Assembly (NCBI GenBank): GCA_963662625.1
Contig: OY759726.1
Coordinates: 544,001 to 608,000, forward strand
Source: Nitrosopumilus sp.
Lineage (GTDB): Archaea; Thermoproteota; Nitrososphaeria; Nitrososphaerales; Nitrosopumilaceae
DNA: 64,000 bases
Direction: 5' to 3'
Part shown: positions 25,836-35,810 of the stretch, piece by piece
How the letters are laid out: the number at the start of each line of letters is the position of its first letter
Position numbering within the stretch: the first letter of the stretch is position 1
Made by a program: the position numbers and the translations under genes
The notes under the pieces: generated by a model
Seen by the model: the letters and a program-made list of their open reading frames with translations, nothing else
The model's database searches: none
Told to the model about the DNA's origin: nothing

Positions 25836-27241
25836 TGGAAAGATCGCTGGACGGGTCACTCTCGCTCTTCAGGGACAGGGTCGCGGACTGCGTCAAGGCA
25901 AAGAAATCGATCTCCGTCCTGACCCACATCGACTGCGACGGGCTCACGTCTGGCAGCATAATCGCAAAGGCCCTCTTCAGGGCCGGGGCCAGGTGCACCG
26001 TCAGGACCGCGAAGGAGTTCGGCGCGGCGGCGATCGGGGAGATGGGGAAGGACTCGAGGGACTTCCACATAGTCACCGACCTGGGCGGCGGCTTTGCGGG
26101 GGAGATCGACGCCGAGCTTGGCGACGGCTGGTTCGTCCTGGACCACCACCAGATCTCGGGCGACGAGCTGGACAACCCGAGGGTCATAAACGCCTGGAAG
26201 TACGGCATCGACGGCGGCGCGGACGTGTGCGCCGGGGGGATGGCGTACCTGGCGGCGATGGCGCTAGACGAGAAGAACTCCGACCTGTCTGCGATCGCGG
26301 TGGTGTCCGCGCTGGGGGACAGGCAGGACAGGGGGGACAGGAAGTCGCTCACCGGGAAGAACCACGCGATAGCGGAGGACGCCAGGCGGGAGGGCCTGGT
26401 GGACGTCGGCCTCGACCTGCTCCTCGTGGGCAGGGAGACCAGGGCGCTTCCCGACGCGCTGGCGTTCACCTCGCAGCCGTTCATCGAGGGGCTCACGTGG
26501 AACAGGAACGCCTGCCTGGCGCTGCTCAAATCCGCCGGGATCCGGCTGAAGGAGGGCGGCAGGTGGAGGGTCCCCAGCGAGCTGGACGGGGACGAGAGGA
26601 GGTCGGTGATAGAGGCGATCGCCAGGTTCTCCCGGGGCAGGGACTCCACCGAGATGATGTCGGAGCTCATCGGGTACACGTACACGTTTCCCAGGGAGGA
26701 CAGGAGGAGCTTCCTGCGCGACGGCAGGGAGTTCTCCACCATGCTGAACTCGTGCGGCAGGATCTGCAGGTCCGGGGTGGGCATGGCAGTGTGCATGGGT
26801 GACAGGAACAGGATCCTCCTGGAGGGCGAGGGGATCCTGAAGGAGTACAGGGGGATGATCAGGGGGTACATGAGCAGGCTGTCAAGCGAGAGGTGGAGGA
26901 CCTCGGAGAGCAGCACGTGCGTGATGGTGAACGCGGAGGGCATAGTCCCCGAGACCATGACCGGGACCGTCTCGTCGCTGATTGCCGGCTCGCCGAAGAA
27001 CGCCGGAAAGATCGTGATCCTGAGGACGGACTCCGAGGAGAACACCGTCAAGTTCTCCTCCAGGAAGTCGCTTGGCTGCAGTTCGGGGATCAACCTGAGC
27101 CAGCTGATGAGGTCCGGGGCCGAAAAGTTCGACGGCATGGGCGGCGGGCACGACTCGGCGGCCGGCGCCAAGATAACTAAAGACAAATTGGACGGGTTTC
27201 TCGAGTATTTGGATGCAAATGTCGTTAACGTGCAAGGTTAG
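25835..27241 (+). CDS. DHH/DHHA1 family (RecJ-like) protein
   Basis: HIDCDG, LDHH and GGGHDSAAGA motifs. Confidence 0.9.
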   Translation: MERSLDGSLSLFRDRVADCVKAKKSISVLTHIDCDGLTSGSIIAKALFRAGARCTVRTAKEFGAAAIGEMGKDSRDFHIVTDLGGGFAGEIDAELGDGWFVLDHHQISGDELDNPRVINAWKYGIDGGADVCAGGMAYLAAMALDEKNSDLSAIAVVSALGDRQDRGDRKSLTGKNHAIAEDARREGLVDVGLDLLLVGRETRALPDALAFTSQPFIEGLTWNRNACLALLKSAGIRLKEGGRWRVPSELDGDERRSVIEAIARFSRGRDSTEMMSELIGYTYTFPREDRRSFLRDGREFSTMLNSCGRICRSGVGMAVCMGDRNRILLEGEGILKEYRGMIRGYMSRLSSERWRTSESSTCVMVNAEGIVPETMTGTVSSLIAGSPKNAGKIVILRTDSEENTVKFSSRKSLGCSSGINLSQLMRSGAEKFDGMGGGHDSAAGAKITKDKLDGFLEYLDANVVNVQG

Positions 27242-27461
27242 GATAACCCTCAACGGCGTCGCCGGTGAGAAGGCAAGGGCCGTGGAGAGGGCCCTGGAAC
27301 CGGACAACGTGGACTTTCCGGACGGGCTGGGCATGTCCGTCGAGAGCGCCGGCGGCAGGCTGGTTTTTACGTTCGAGGGAAGGCGGGACATCGGGAAGAT
27401 GATCGGGAGCATAGACGAGGTGCTCGGGCACGCGCAGGTGGCTCTGAGGGTGATGGGATAG
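27219..27461 (+). CDS. pcc1: KEOPS complex subunit Pcc1
   Basis: ALEPDN motif; conserved rps15-DHH-pcc1-serS-rps3ae order. Confidence 0.75.
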   Translation: MSLTCKVRITLNGVAGEKARAVERALEPDNVDFPDGLGMSVESAGGRLVFTFEGRRDIGKMIGSIDEVLGHAQVALRVMG

Positions 27462-28723
27462 TGCTGGATCCCAAGGTGGTCAGGGAGAGCCCCGGGGCCA
27501 TCCGGGAGATGCTGGGGGCCAGGGGCGTGGAGTTTGACCTGGATGCGCTGGTGCGCTCGGAGAGGGCCAGGCGGGAGCTGCTCGGAAGCGCCGAGGGGAT
27601 CAGGGCCAGGAAGAACCGCGTGGCGCTGGACATATCCAAGAAGAAGAAGGAGGGGGGGGACGCCGCCGGGTTGCTGGCGGAGATGAAGGAGGTGTCGGTC
27701 AGCCTGAAGGCCGCCGAGGAGGGGCTGGCCCGCGCCGAGGCCGAGTACCAGAGGCTCGCGCTCACGGTGCCGAACCTGGTGGACAAGTCGGTGCCGGTGG
27801 GCGACGAGTCGGCGAACGTGGAGGTGCGCAGGTGGGGCGACGTGCCGGAGTTCGGGTTCGGCGCCAGCAACCACGTCGACATGTCGGAGAGGCTGGGGCT
27901 CGTGGACCTGCAGAGGGCGGCCAAGGTGTCGGGCGCGAGGTTTTACTACCTGAAGGACGGCCTCGTGAGGCTGAACCAGGCCCTGATCAGCTACGCGCTT
28001 GACTTCCTGGCCGGGAGGGGGTACACCCCCGTCCAGCCGCCGTACATGATAAACCGGCAGTCCATGCAGGGGGCAGTCATCGCGGACGACTTTGAGGACG
28101 TCATCTACAAGATAGAGGGCGAGGACCTGTACATGATAGGGACGTCGGAGCACGCCATGGCCGCCATGCACTCGGGCGAGATCCTGGACGGGGCCGGCCT
28201 CCCGCTGAGGTACGCCGGGGTGAGCCCGTGCTTCAGGAAGGAGGCCGGCGCGCACGGCAGGGACCAGAAGGGGATCTTCAGGGTGCACCAGTTTGACAAG
28301 ATCGAGCAGTTCGTGTTCGCGAGGCCGGGGGAGTCGTGGGGCGAGCACGAGAGGATGCTGGAAGCCGCGGAAGAGTTCTACCGGAGCCTCGGGATCCCGC
28401 ACAGGGTGGTGCTGCTGTCGAGCGCGGACATGGGCAAGGTGTCCGCGAAGACGTACGACATAGAGGCGTGGATGGCGGGGCAGGGCGCGTTCCGGGAGGT
28501 GGTCTCCTGCTCGAACTGCCTGGACTACCAGGCAAGGAGGCTGAAGGTGAGGTTCAGGGACAGGACGAACGAGCAGACGCGGTACGTCCACACGCTCAAC
28601 AGCACGCTGGTCGCGACGTCCAGGGCCATGGTGGCGATAATGGAGGACTTCCAGACGGCCGACGGCCACGTCGGGATCCCCCGGGTCCTGCAGGGGCGCA
28701 TGGGGGGCGAGAGCGAGATCTAG
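27461..28723 (+). CDS. serS: serine--tRNA ligase
   Basis: GTSE, CFRKEAG, GIFRVHQFDKIE, EVVSCSNC, HTLNS. Confidence 0.97.
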   Translation: MLDPKVVRESPGAIREMLGARGVEFDLDALVRSERARRELLGSAEGIRARKNRVALDISKKKKEGGDAAGLLAEMKEVSVSLKAAEEGLARAEAEYQRLALTVPNLVDKSVPVGDESANVEVRRWGDVPEFGFGASNHVDMSERLGLVDLQRAAKVSGARFYYLKDGLVRLNQALISYALDFLAGRGYTPVQPPYMINRQSMQGAVIADDFEDVIYKIEGEDLYMIGTSEHAMAAMHSGEILDGAGLPLRYAGVSPCFRKEAGAHGRDQKGIFRVHQFDKIEQFVFARPGESWGEHERMLEAAEEFYRSLGIPHRVVLLSSADMGKVSAKTYDIEAWMAGQGAFREVVSCSNCLDYQARRLKVRFRDRTNEQTRYVHTLNSTLVATSRAMVAIMEDFQTADGHVGIPRVLQGRMGGESEI

Positions 28724-28841
28724 CGGCGGGCGGGCGCCCCAGGCAGGGGCGGCGGCCCCGCGCACGCCGCCTGCCGGCGCCCCGGGGATCTCCGGGCGGC
28801 CCCGCATACCCTTATATTTTGGATTCCAAGGTCGATAGTGA

Positions 28842-29453
28842 TTGGCACGCAGGAAGGGTCGCGTAAAGGACAAGTGGAGGGAGAAGCGGTGGATCACGGT
28901 CAACGCCACCGACGCGTTCAACAACGTCCCGATTGCGTACGTCCCGATCACCGACGACGAGAACGCCTCGGGCAGGGTCCTCGAGGTCACGCTGCACGAC
29001 ATCCTGAAGGGCGAGCCGTCGCAGCACCAGTTCAAGCTGTACTTCCAGATAGACAAGGTGGACGGGGACAGCGCGTCGACGATCTTCAAGAGGTACGAGT
29101 ACTCCAAGGAGTTCCTGAGGAGCCTCGTAAGGCGCGGCTCCTCGAAGGTCAACTTCATAGCGGACGTCAAGACGGCGGACGGCTATATCTTCAGGATCAA
29201 GGTGATCGCGCTCACTCACAGGCAGCTTAACACGTCAAGGAAGCACGCGCTGCGGCTCATCGCGCGCGACATCATCGACAAGACGGTGCCCGAGATGACG
29301 ATCCACCAGTTCGTCCAGGCGACGTGCTACGGAAAGATCAACTCCGACATCATGGCGGCGTTCAAGAAGGTGATAAGGGTCAGGCACGTCGGCCTGGAGA
29401 AGGTCAAGCTGATCAGGACTGCGGATAAAGAGATCGCGCTGCTCGAAGCATGA
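28842..29453 (+). CDS. rps3ae: 30S ribosomal protein eS1 (S3Ae)
   Basis: KDKWREKRW, GRVLEVTL, LRSLVRRGSSK, KTADGY. Confidence 0.95.
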   Translation: MARRKGRVKDKWREKRWITVNATDAFNNVPIAYVPITDDENASGRVLEVTLHDILKGEPSQHQFKLYFQIDKVDGDSASTIFKRYEYSKEFLRSLVRRGSSKVNFIADVKTADGYIFRIKVIALTHRQLNTSRKHALRLIARDIIDKTVPEMTIHQFVQATCYGKINSDIMAAFKKVIRVRHVGLEKVKLIRTADKEIALLEA

Positions 29454-29456
29454 CGC

Positions 29457-29885
29457 ATGGCCGACGCCCTGAGAGTCACGGTTGACGTCATCGTCCACGC
29501 CACGGAGGACGTCTCGAAGCTGTTCGACGCGTTCGAGGAGAACCTCGGCGTCCGCAGGGAGGAGTTTTCGGAGAGGGGCTCCACCGGCCACTACGACAAC
29601 CCGATCACGGTCATCAGCGCGGACCTGCGGAAGGGGAGGGCCCGGGACTTTTTGGACAGGGCGCTTGGGATGCTGAGCGCCTCGCAGAGGGACGAGATGG
29701 TCGGCGAGATAGCGGAGAGGACGGAGCGGTCCAAGTTCCACGTGAGGCTCGGCAAGCAGGAGTTTCTCGGCGGGAGGCTGGCCTTCGAGGAGAACGACGC
29801 GATAAGGCTAAGGATCCACGCCCCGGTCTACAACAGGAGGGACACGGTCGCGACGTTCAGCGGGATCCTCTCCGGGGACTGCTGA
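29457..29885 (+). CDS. DUF54 family RNA-binding (exosome-associated) protein
   Basis: VHATED, GHYDNPI and RLGKQ motifs. Confidence 0.85.
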   Translation: MADALRVTVDVIVHATEDVSKLFDAFEENLGVRREEFSERGSTGHYDNPITVISADLRKGRARDFLDRALGMLSASQRDEMVGEIAERTERSKFHVRLGKQEFLGGRLAFEENDAIRLRIHAPVYNRRDTVATFSGILSGDC

Positions 29886-29969
29886 GCACGCGGCCTGTTC
29901 CGGCACGCGGGCGCGCCGCCGGGACGCCGCGCCGCGCGTCTAGGTTAAATAATGGCGGCGGGAATGCAG

Positions 29970-30052
29970 GTTCGGGAATGAGGAGATAACAGCCGCTCCA
30001 GTCTGAGCAAACGCCTTGAAGACCCCGCGACGAACCGACCCCAAACACGAAC
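29970..30052 (+). ncRNA. C/D box small RNA (2'-O-methylation guide)
   Basis: C ATGAGGA 29978-84, D' CTGA 30003-06, C' TTGAAGA 30016-22, D CCGA 30035-38, terminal pairing GTTCG/CGAAC; TTAAATAA box at 29945-52. Confidence 0.75.
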
Positions 30053-30118
30053 ATGACTCGGCACGGGACGCCGCGCGCGGGCCGCCCGGCGATCGCGGGG
30101 GCCGTGCCCGGCTTGGCC

Positions 30119-30225
30119 GCGCGCCCCGGGCGTTTTTGTCTGGCGGGCGGCGACTCGGCTCGGCCCTGGCCGGCCCCGGCGGCACCAAGCGCGCCCCGGG
30201 CGTTTTTGTCTGGCGGGCGGCGACT
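30119..30225. repeat. exact 37-bp direct repeat x2 separated by 33 bp
   Basis: GCGCGCCCCGGGCGTTTTTGTCTGGCGGGCGGCGACT at 30119-30155 and 30189-30225. Confidence 0.9.
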
Positions 30226-30364
30226 TGCGGCATGCGCGGGGCTCCGGCCGCGTTCCCGGCGGTACCGGTTGGCGGGGTAGCGGCAGGCCCGGGGCCGGGC
30301 CCGCGCCGGGCGCCGCACGCCCACGGGCATCATTTTAAATACAGATAAGCGTCGTGGTTTAGTT

Positions 30365-31828
30365 GTGGCAGACTACGACGTCATAGTCGCCGGTGGCGGC
30401 CTCACGGGAACCATCGTGGCGCAGGCGGTGTCGCACTACTCCGGCCAGGGCCTGAGGGTGCTCTCGATCGACAGGAACGCGGAGATCCACCCGGGCAGGA
30501 AGTCGATGGGCGGGTGGACGTGCGGGGACGCGTGCTCGAAGGAGGCAGTCGACTACATGTCCGAGAGGATCAAGGTGCGTTGGACCAGGCCGGAGATAGA
30601 GCACGACGTGAAGGGCGTCATGGCGTTCTCCCCGGACAGGGAGACGGCCATCCCGTTTGACGGCGCCGGGTACATGCTCAACCGCCAAAAGCTCCCCGAG
30701 GTGCAAAACGAGAGGGCGCGCAAGATGGGGGCTGACTTTGAGTTCGAGATCAACCTGACGGGGCTGCTCTACGACGGGGGCCAGGTGGTCGGCGTCAAGG
30801 GGGTGGACAACAAGACGAGGCAGCCGTACAAGAAGACGGCAAGGGTGGTGGTGGACTGCACCGGCGTGACCTCGATGCTGAGGAACCAGCTGCAGAACTC
30901 GGCGAAGATCGAGAGGAAGATAGACAGGCGCGACCTGGAGTCCACCGGGAGGTACATCATGTATTTCAAGCCCGGGGAGAGCGACCTGACCGAGTTTGAT
31001 CCCGACTATTGCATAATCCACCTGGACCAGGACATCGCCCCCGGCGGCTACGGGTGGGTCTTCCCAAAGGGCGCGGAAAAGGTGAACATAGGGCTCGGGG
31101 TTGAAAAGTCGCTGCTGGACAAGAGGAACGCGAGGCTGGGCAAGAAGGACAACGTCGAGTCCCTGATGAGGGAGTACCTGCACAGGAACAGGGCGATCAC
31201 GGAGCCGAGGCTCTCGGAGGACCCGGAGGACTCCGACAACAACTCCGGCATATTCCAGGTGTCGGTGAGGAGGCAGAACGACTGCCTGGTCTCCGGTGGG
31301 TACATCATGGTGGGCGACTCCGCGTGGATGCCAAAGCCGATCGACGCCGGCGGGATCGGGCCCGCGCTGGTGGGCGGCACCATAGCCGGGGAGTGCGTGG
31401 TGCGGGCGATACAGGCGGGCGACGTCTCCGAGAGGGGGCTGTGGCAGTACAACCTGGACTTTATCGAGGAGTACGGGTACAAGACGGCGGGGCTGGAGCT
31501 CTTCAGGAGGCTGGTCCAGACGCTGACTAACGAGCAGATCAGCTACGGGATGAAGCATTTTTTGGGCAACCTCGACGTGGAGTCCATCAGCAAGGGGGAG
31601 CACCCCGACTTTTCCGGGCTCGGGAAGGTGGGCATGATGATCAGGGGGATAATGAACAAGACGGTCGCCGAGGGGCTCAGGTACACGTCAGGCCAGAACA
31701 AGTGGCTGGTCGAGCACTACGGCCGGTACCCCAAGGATCCCGACGGGTTCGAGTCGTGGAACAGGGAGCTCCACAAGAGGCTCGACGAGTCATACGAGAA
31801 GATCGCCTCGTTCGGGGGCCGGAATTAG
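30365..31828 (+). CDS. geranylgeranyl reductase family FAD-dependent oxidoreductase
   Basis: DVIVAGGGLTG, CGDA, PGGYGWVFPKG, VGDSA...P..AGGI. Confidence 0.88.
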   Translation: MADYDVIVAGGGLTGTIVAQAVSHYSGQGLRVLSIDRNAEIHPGRKSMGGWTCGDACSKEAVDYMSERIKVRWTRPEIEHDVKGVMAFSPDRETAIPFDGAGYMLNRQKLPEVQNERARKMGADFEFEINLTGLLYDGGQVVGVKGVDNKTRQPYKKTARVVVDCTGVTSMLRNQLQNSAKIERKIDRRDLESTGRYIMYFKPGESDLTEFDPDYCIIHLDQDIAPGGYGWVFPKGAEKVNIGLGVEKSLLDKRNARLGKKDNVESLMREYLHRNRAITEPRLSEDPEDSDNNSGIFQVSVRRQNDCLVSGGYIMVGDSAWMPKPIDAGGIGPALVGGTIAGECVVRAIQAGDVSERGLWQYNLDFIEEYGYKTAGLELFRRLVQTLTNEQISYGMKHFLGNLDVESISKGEHPDFSGLGKVGMMIRGIMNKTVAEGLRYTSGQNKWLVEHYGRYPKDPDGFESWNRELHKRLDESYEKIASFGGRN

Positions 31829-31861
31829 TGTTAAATAAAGTCGGGTCGGAACGAGTGTGCC

Positions 31862-32653
31862 TTGGAAACGCAGTATCTTGACTGGAACGAGTCGATGCCG
31901 GTGCTTGACAAGGCGTACGCGGCTGGCCTCTTCGCGCTCATAATCGGGCCGAAGGGCACGGGCAAGACCTCGCTGGTGAGGGAGTTCGCGGCCAGCAAGA
32001 ACGCGCGCCTGGAGTCCGTGAACTTCAGCCTCAGGACCAGGGAGAGCCACCTCATCGGGACGAAGACGCTCGACGGGGGGACCGTGGGCTTCGAGGAGGG
32101 CCTCCTGACGAGGTCCATGAGGGAGGGCAGCATGCTGTACCTCGACGAGATCAACGCGGCCGAGGCGGACGTCCTGCTCAGGCTGGACGAGGCCCTCGAC
32201 GACAGGAGGCAGGTGGTCCTGAAGGAGGCTGGCGGGAGCACCGTGAGGGCGGAGGAGGGGTGGTTCGTGGTGGCGACCATCAACCCGCTGACGCACAGCG
32301 GGACGAAGGAGCTCCCCCCGCAGCTGCTCAGCAGGTTCCCGATCAGGATCAACCTGGAGTATCCCCCGGAGGGGATCGAGTTGGAGATCGTGAAGAAGTA
32401 CGTGTCGGGGGACAGCGACGACGACGTGATGCAGGGGATCAGGCTCGCGAACACGCTGAGGCAGGCGGCCACCGTGGAGGAGCTGTTCTACTCGCCGAGC
32501 CTGAGGGAGACCATAGCGTTCGGCAAGCTGCTAGACATGGGAGTCGCCCCCAGGGACGCGGCGTACACCGTCTTCGGGAACGTGTACACGCAGTGGGGAA
32601 ACATCGAGTACCAGAAGGTCAGCGACATCATCACGTCGATGTTCGGGGGATAG
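31862..32653 (+). CDS. MoxR-family AAA+ ATPase (CbbQ/NirQ/NorQ type)
   Basis: GPKGTGKT Walker A, LYLDEIN Walker B, ATINP, LLSRF, SLRE. Confidence 0.92.
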   Translation: METQYLDWNESMPVLDKAYAAGLFALIIGPKGTGKTSLVREFAASKNARLESVNFSLRTRESHLIGTKTLDGGTVGFEEGLLTRSMREGSMLYLDEINAAEADVLLRLDEALDDRRQVVLKEAGGSTVRAEEGWFVVATINPLTHSGTKELPPQLLSRFPIRINLEYPPEGIELEIVKKYVSGDSDDDVMQGIRLANTLRQAATVEELFYSPSLRETIAFGKLLDMGVAPRDAAYTVFGNVYTQWGNIEYQKVSDIITSMFGG

Positions 32654-34216
32654 ATGCAGCCGTCTGGGATAAGGGACGAGTCGCTGGTGGAGATAGCCAC
32701 CTTCCTGGCCAGGAGGTGGTCCGAGAACGGGGGCGTGGCGGTCGAGTTCTCGGACAAGGCGGACACCAGGACCAGGCTGGGCGAGAACAAGGTGATCCTG
32801 GCCCCCCTGGAGAAGAGGATCGGGAGCAGCTTCCAGAGGTACAGGCAGTTCAGGACGTCGCTGTGGTACGAGGCCATGAGGATAAGGTTCTGCGGGAAGA
32901 TCCTCAGCAACGACCACGCCTTCGGGTTCATCCTCAACACCATGGAGACCAGGAGGGTGGAGAGGCTCGGCAGGGAGCGCTGGAGGGGGATGGACGGGGA
33001 GCTCGTGTTCAACTACGCGTACATGCTGGTGTCGAGGCCGCAGCTCCACTCCGTGTACGGCAAGGCAAGGATCGTCGAGGCGTTCTACCAGTACTTCATG
33101 TTCGGGGCGTTCAAGGGCGAGGTGCAGCCGAGCCACTTCGAGCGGGTGAGGAAGGCCGACGCGTTCGCAAAGCGCGCAGTCGACGAGGCCGTGGAGGGGG
33201 GGCACGGCACCGAGTGGCTAGAGAGGAAGGTCAGCGAGATAATAAGGATGCTGGACATAGACTCGCTGCTGACGGTGCCGGTCTCGCTGCCGTTCATGAG
33301 GGCAGGGATGGCGCTGACGAGGGAGGAGCTGCTCAGGTTCCTCAAGGTGATTGCAAGGAACAAGGAGGGGGACTTTGGGAAGGCCGATCCCGGGGCGACG
33401 CTGAGCGGGGAGGACGTCTACGACGAGTACAGGGTGCTCCTCGAGGAGGACCGGAGGAACCAGAACAAGGGCCTGGCCCCGGAGGCGGTCGGCGTCCAGG
33501 TGCCGGCCGCCGGGAACGCCGACGAGGGGGCGATCTACGACCCGGGGCTCATCAACGGGCTGAAGACCAGGTTCAAGGAGTGGAAGACCGGCTGGAAGGA
33601 GCAGCACGGGAGGAACGGCGACGAGCTTGACGTGGAGAGCTACGCGGACGGCGGCGAGCCGTTCTTCACGGACGCCAAAAAGTCGATCAAGGCAAGGATA
33701 TTCATCCTGCTCGACCACTCCTCGAGCATCGCGTCGGACGCGCCGGAGTACAAGAAGGCGACCCTGGCGCTCTGCGAGGTGCTGGCGTACCTGAGGGTGA
33801 GGTTCGCGGTGTACGCGTTCAGCACGGAGAACAGGTCCACCGTGTGCTGGCAGGTGAAGGCCGACGGCGCGAAGTGGAACCGCCTCGCGGCAAAGAGGCT
33901 GGCGCGGGTAGTCGCCAACGGCTCGACGCCGCTGGCCGAGGTGTACGACAAGATGTTCCCCGTGCTCCAGTCAAAGAGGCCCGACATATTCCTGACGCTC
34001 ACCGACGGGGAGCCGTCGGACCCCGACGCCGTGCGCGCGATGACAAAGTCGCTCAAGGGGCTGGGCATAAGGCTGGTGGCGCTGGGGCTGGGCCCGAACC
34101 CGGTAAGGTCGACGGCCATCGCGGGCAACCTGAGCCACCTGGGGTACGAGAGGACGCTCGCGGTGAGCAGGCTGAAGGACATCCCGGGCAGGGTGATCAG
34201 GATCCTGGACGTGTGA
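32654..34216 (+). CDS. von Willebrand factor A domain protein (MoxR partner, NorD/CbbO-like)
   Basis: C-terminal LLDHSSSI MIDAS, GSTP, LTDGEP; directly follows the ATPase. Confidence 0.88.
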   Translation: MQPSGIRDESLVEIATFLARRWSENGGVAVEFSDKADTRTRLGENKVILAPLEKRIGSSFQRYRQFRTSLWYEAMRIRFCGKILSNDHAFGFILNTMETRRVERLGRERWRGMDGELVFNYAYMLVSRPQLHSVYGKARIVEAFYQYFMFGAFKGEVQPSHFERVRKADAFAKRAVDEAVEGGHGTEWLERKVSEIIRMLDIDSLLTVPVSLPFMRAGMALTREELLRFLKVIARNKEGDFGKADPGATLSGEDVYDEYRVLLEEDRRNQNKGLAPEAVGVQVPAAGNADEGAIYDPGLINGLKTRFKEWKTGWKEQHGRNGDELDVESYADGGEPFFTDAKKSIKARIFILLDHSSSIASDAPEYKKATLALCEVLAYLRVRFAVYAFSTENRSTVCWQVKADGAKWNRLAAKRLARVVANGSTPLAEVYDKMFPVLQSKRPDIFLTLTDGEPSDPDAVRAMTKSLKGLGIRLVALGLGPNPVRSTAIAGNLSHLGYERTLAVSRLKDIPGRVIRILDV

Positions 34217-34269
34217 CGCACGCACGGGCGGCTGTCAAATTATAAATTTAGCGACTGCGCGGTACAAGC

Positions 34270-35808
34270 ATGGAAGCCGACGGGGATCTGCTGGGGCGCT
34301 TCGAGAGGGAGATCCTGGCCAGGATCCCCCACCTGGAGGGGGACGGCCGGAAGGTGGCCAACCCGACGCCCCTCGTGGACCTGACCGAGGACCTCAGGGA
34401 ATGCGCCAGGAAGGTCTACAAGGAAGACCTGGGGGGCGCGGACCTGAGGGTCTACGGGAAGTTCGACTCGTCGCTGCCCGGCGGCTCGATCAAGACGAGG
34501 GCCGCGGTGCACATCATCCACGACGCCATATCGTCGGGGAAGCTCAGGGGCGGCCAGATGGTGATCGAGGCGACCTCCGGGAACTTTGGGATCGCGCTCG
34601 GGCTGCTGTCGGGGCTCGGGATCGACGTGGTCGCGCTGGTATCGAGGAAGCTGCAGGAGGGCGTCTTCGAGGAGCTGAAAAACGGGGAGATACGCACCAT
34701 AGACCTTGACATGGACATATGCCCCGCCCCGGGGATGGAGGACAGGGCGGACGACCTGGCCGCAAAGGCCACCGCGGAGAACGTCAGGACGCAGCTGGCC
34801 GGGATCGGGCTGGACACCGCGGTGTTTGACGGCAACCGCGACGAGATAGAGGGGCTGCTGGCCCGGCAGGACATCATCAACCTGGCCGTGTTCCTCGGGA
34901 GGATATACGGCCTCTTCTGCCCGGCGCAGTACGACAACGAGCTGAACGTCGAGGCCCACAGGACGGTCACCGCCGCGGAGATCGACGGGCAGCTGCGCGA
35001 GATTGGGGAGTCGCTGGGGGGCTACAAGATCATGTGCGCGTTCGGCACCGGCGGCACGTCGGGCGGCCTGAGCAGGTACGTGCGGGAGGCGTACGGCGGC
35101 AAGTCGGTGCACGTCGTCTTCCCCGCCCCGGGGCAGGACGTCGCGGGGATCAGGACGAAGGCCAACGCGGCGGGGCTGAAGCTCTACGACCCGGCCGCCT
35201 ACGAGGCGGAGCACGAGATCGACTACGAGAAGGCAAAGTTCCTCCTCAAGTTTTTCGTGGACAGGGGGCACGACATCGGGGAGAGCTCGGCCCTGGCGCT
35301 GTACTCCGCGATGGAGATGGCGCGGGACGGCGCGGCGGGGAAGTTCCTCGTCATCGTGGCCGACGGCATCGACAAGTACAGGAAGAACTTCGAGACGATA
35401 TCCGACGGCGGGGTGCCGATGAGGGTGTCTCTGGAGGACGCCGCGTCCGCCGCGGGTGGCTACGACCGCATAATCTGGGTGCACACTCAGTATACGCCGC
35501 GCGAGGAGGGGATCGAGATGATCGCGAGGTCGCTGGGCGTCGACAAGTCGAAGATCTCGGTGCCAAAGGCAAGCACCATAAGCGAGCTGCTGTCGACGCA
35601 GCGGATCCCCGAGGAGCTGGGGCGGGAGCTCGGCGGCTCCAAGGGCAAGTCGCTGCTGGTGTGCATGGCGGGGAACACCTCGTTCATGACAGCGCAGGTG
35701 CTTGCGGGCAAGGGCATAGTGACCCAGAGCCTCAACGGCGGCATCACCGACCTGCCCGAGGGGAGGGGCAGGGATCCCGGCACGTACATACAGGCCGCCA
35801 GCGAATAA
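34270..35808 (+). CDS. PLP-dependent cysteine synthase family protein fused to a rhodanese-like domain
   Basis: GGSIKTR (PLP Lys), IEATSGNFG, GTGGT; C-terminal VCMAGNTS...SLNGGI. Confidence 0.85.
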   Translation: MEADGDLLGRFEREILARIPHLEGDGRKVANPTPLVDLTEDLRECARKVYKEDLGGADLRVYGKFDSSLPGGSIKTRAAVHIIHDAISSGKLRGGQMVIEATSGNFGIALGLLSGLGIDVVALVSRKLQEGVFEELKNGEIRTIDLDMDICPAPGMEDRADDLAAKATAENVRTQLAGIGLDTAVFDGNRDEIEGLLARQDIINLAVFLGRIYGLFCPAQYDNELNVEAHRTVTAAEIDGQLREIGESLGGYKIMCAFGTGGTSGGLSRYVREAYGGKSVHVVFPAPGQDVAGIRTKANAAGLKLYDPAAYEAEHEIDYEKAKFLLKFFVDRGHDIGESSALALYSAMEMARDGAAGKFLVIVADGIDKYRKNFETISDGGVPMRVSLEDAASAAGGYDRIIWVHTQYTPREEGIEMIARSLGVDKSKISVPKASTISELLSTQRIPEELGRELGGSKGKSLLVCMAGNTSFMTAQVLAGKGIVTQSLNGGITDLPEGRGRDPGTYIQAASE

Positions 35809-35810
35809 CC

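Noticed and set aside
29950-30060. 5S rRNA on the minus strand (CATTCCCGAACC resembles the 5S loop C)
   Set aside because: The rest of the 5S structure is absent; the plus-strand C/D-box reading explains the region better
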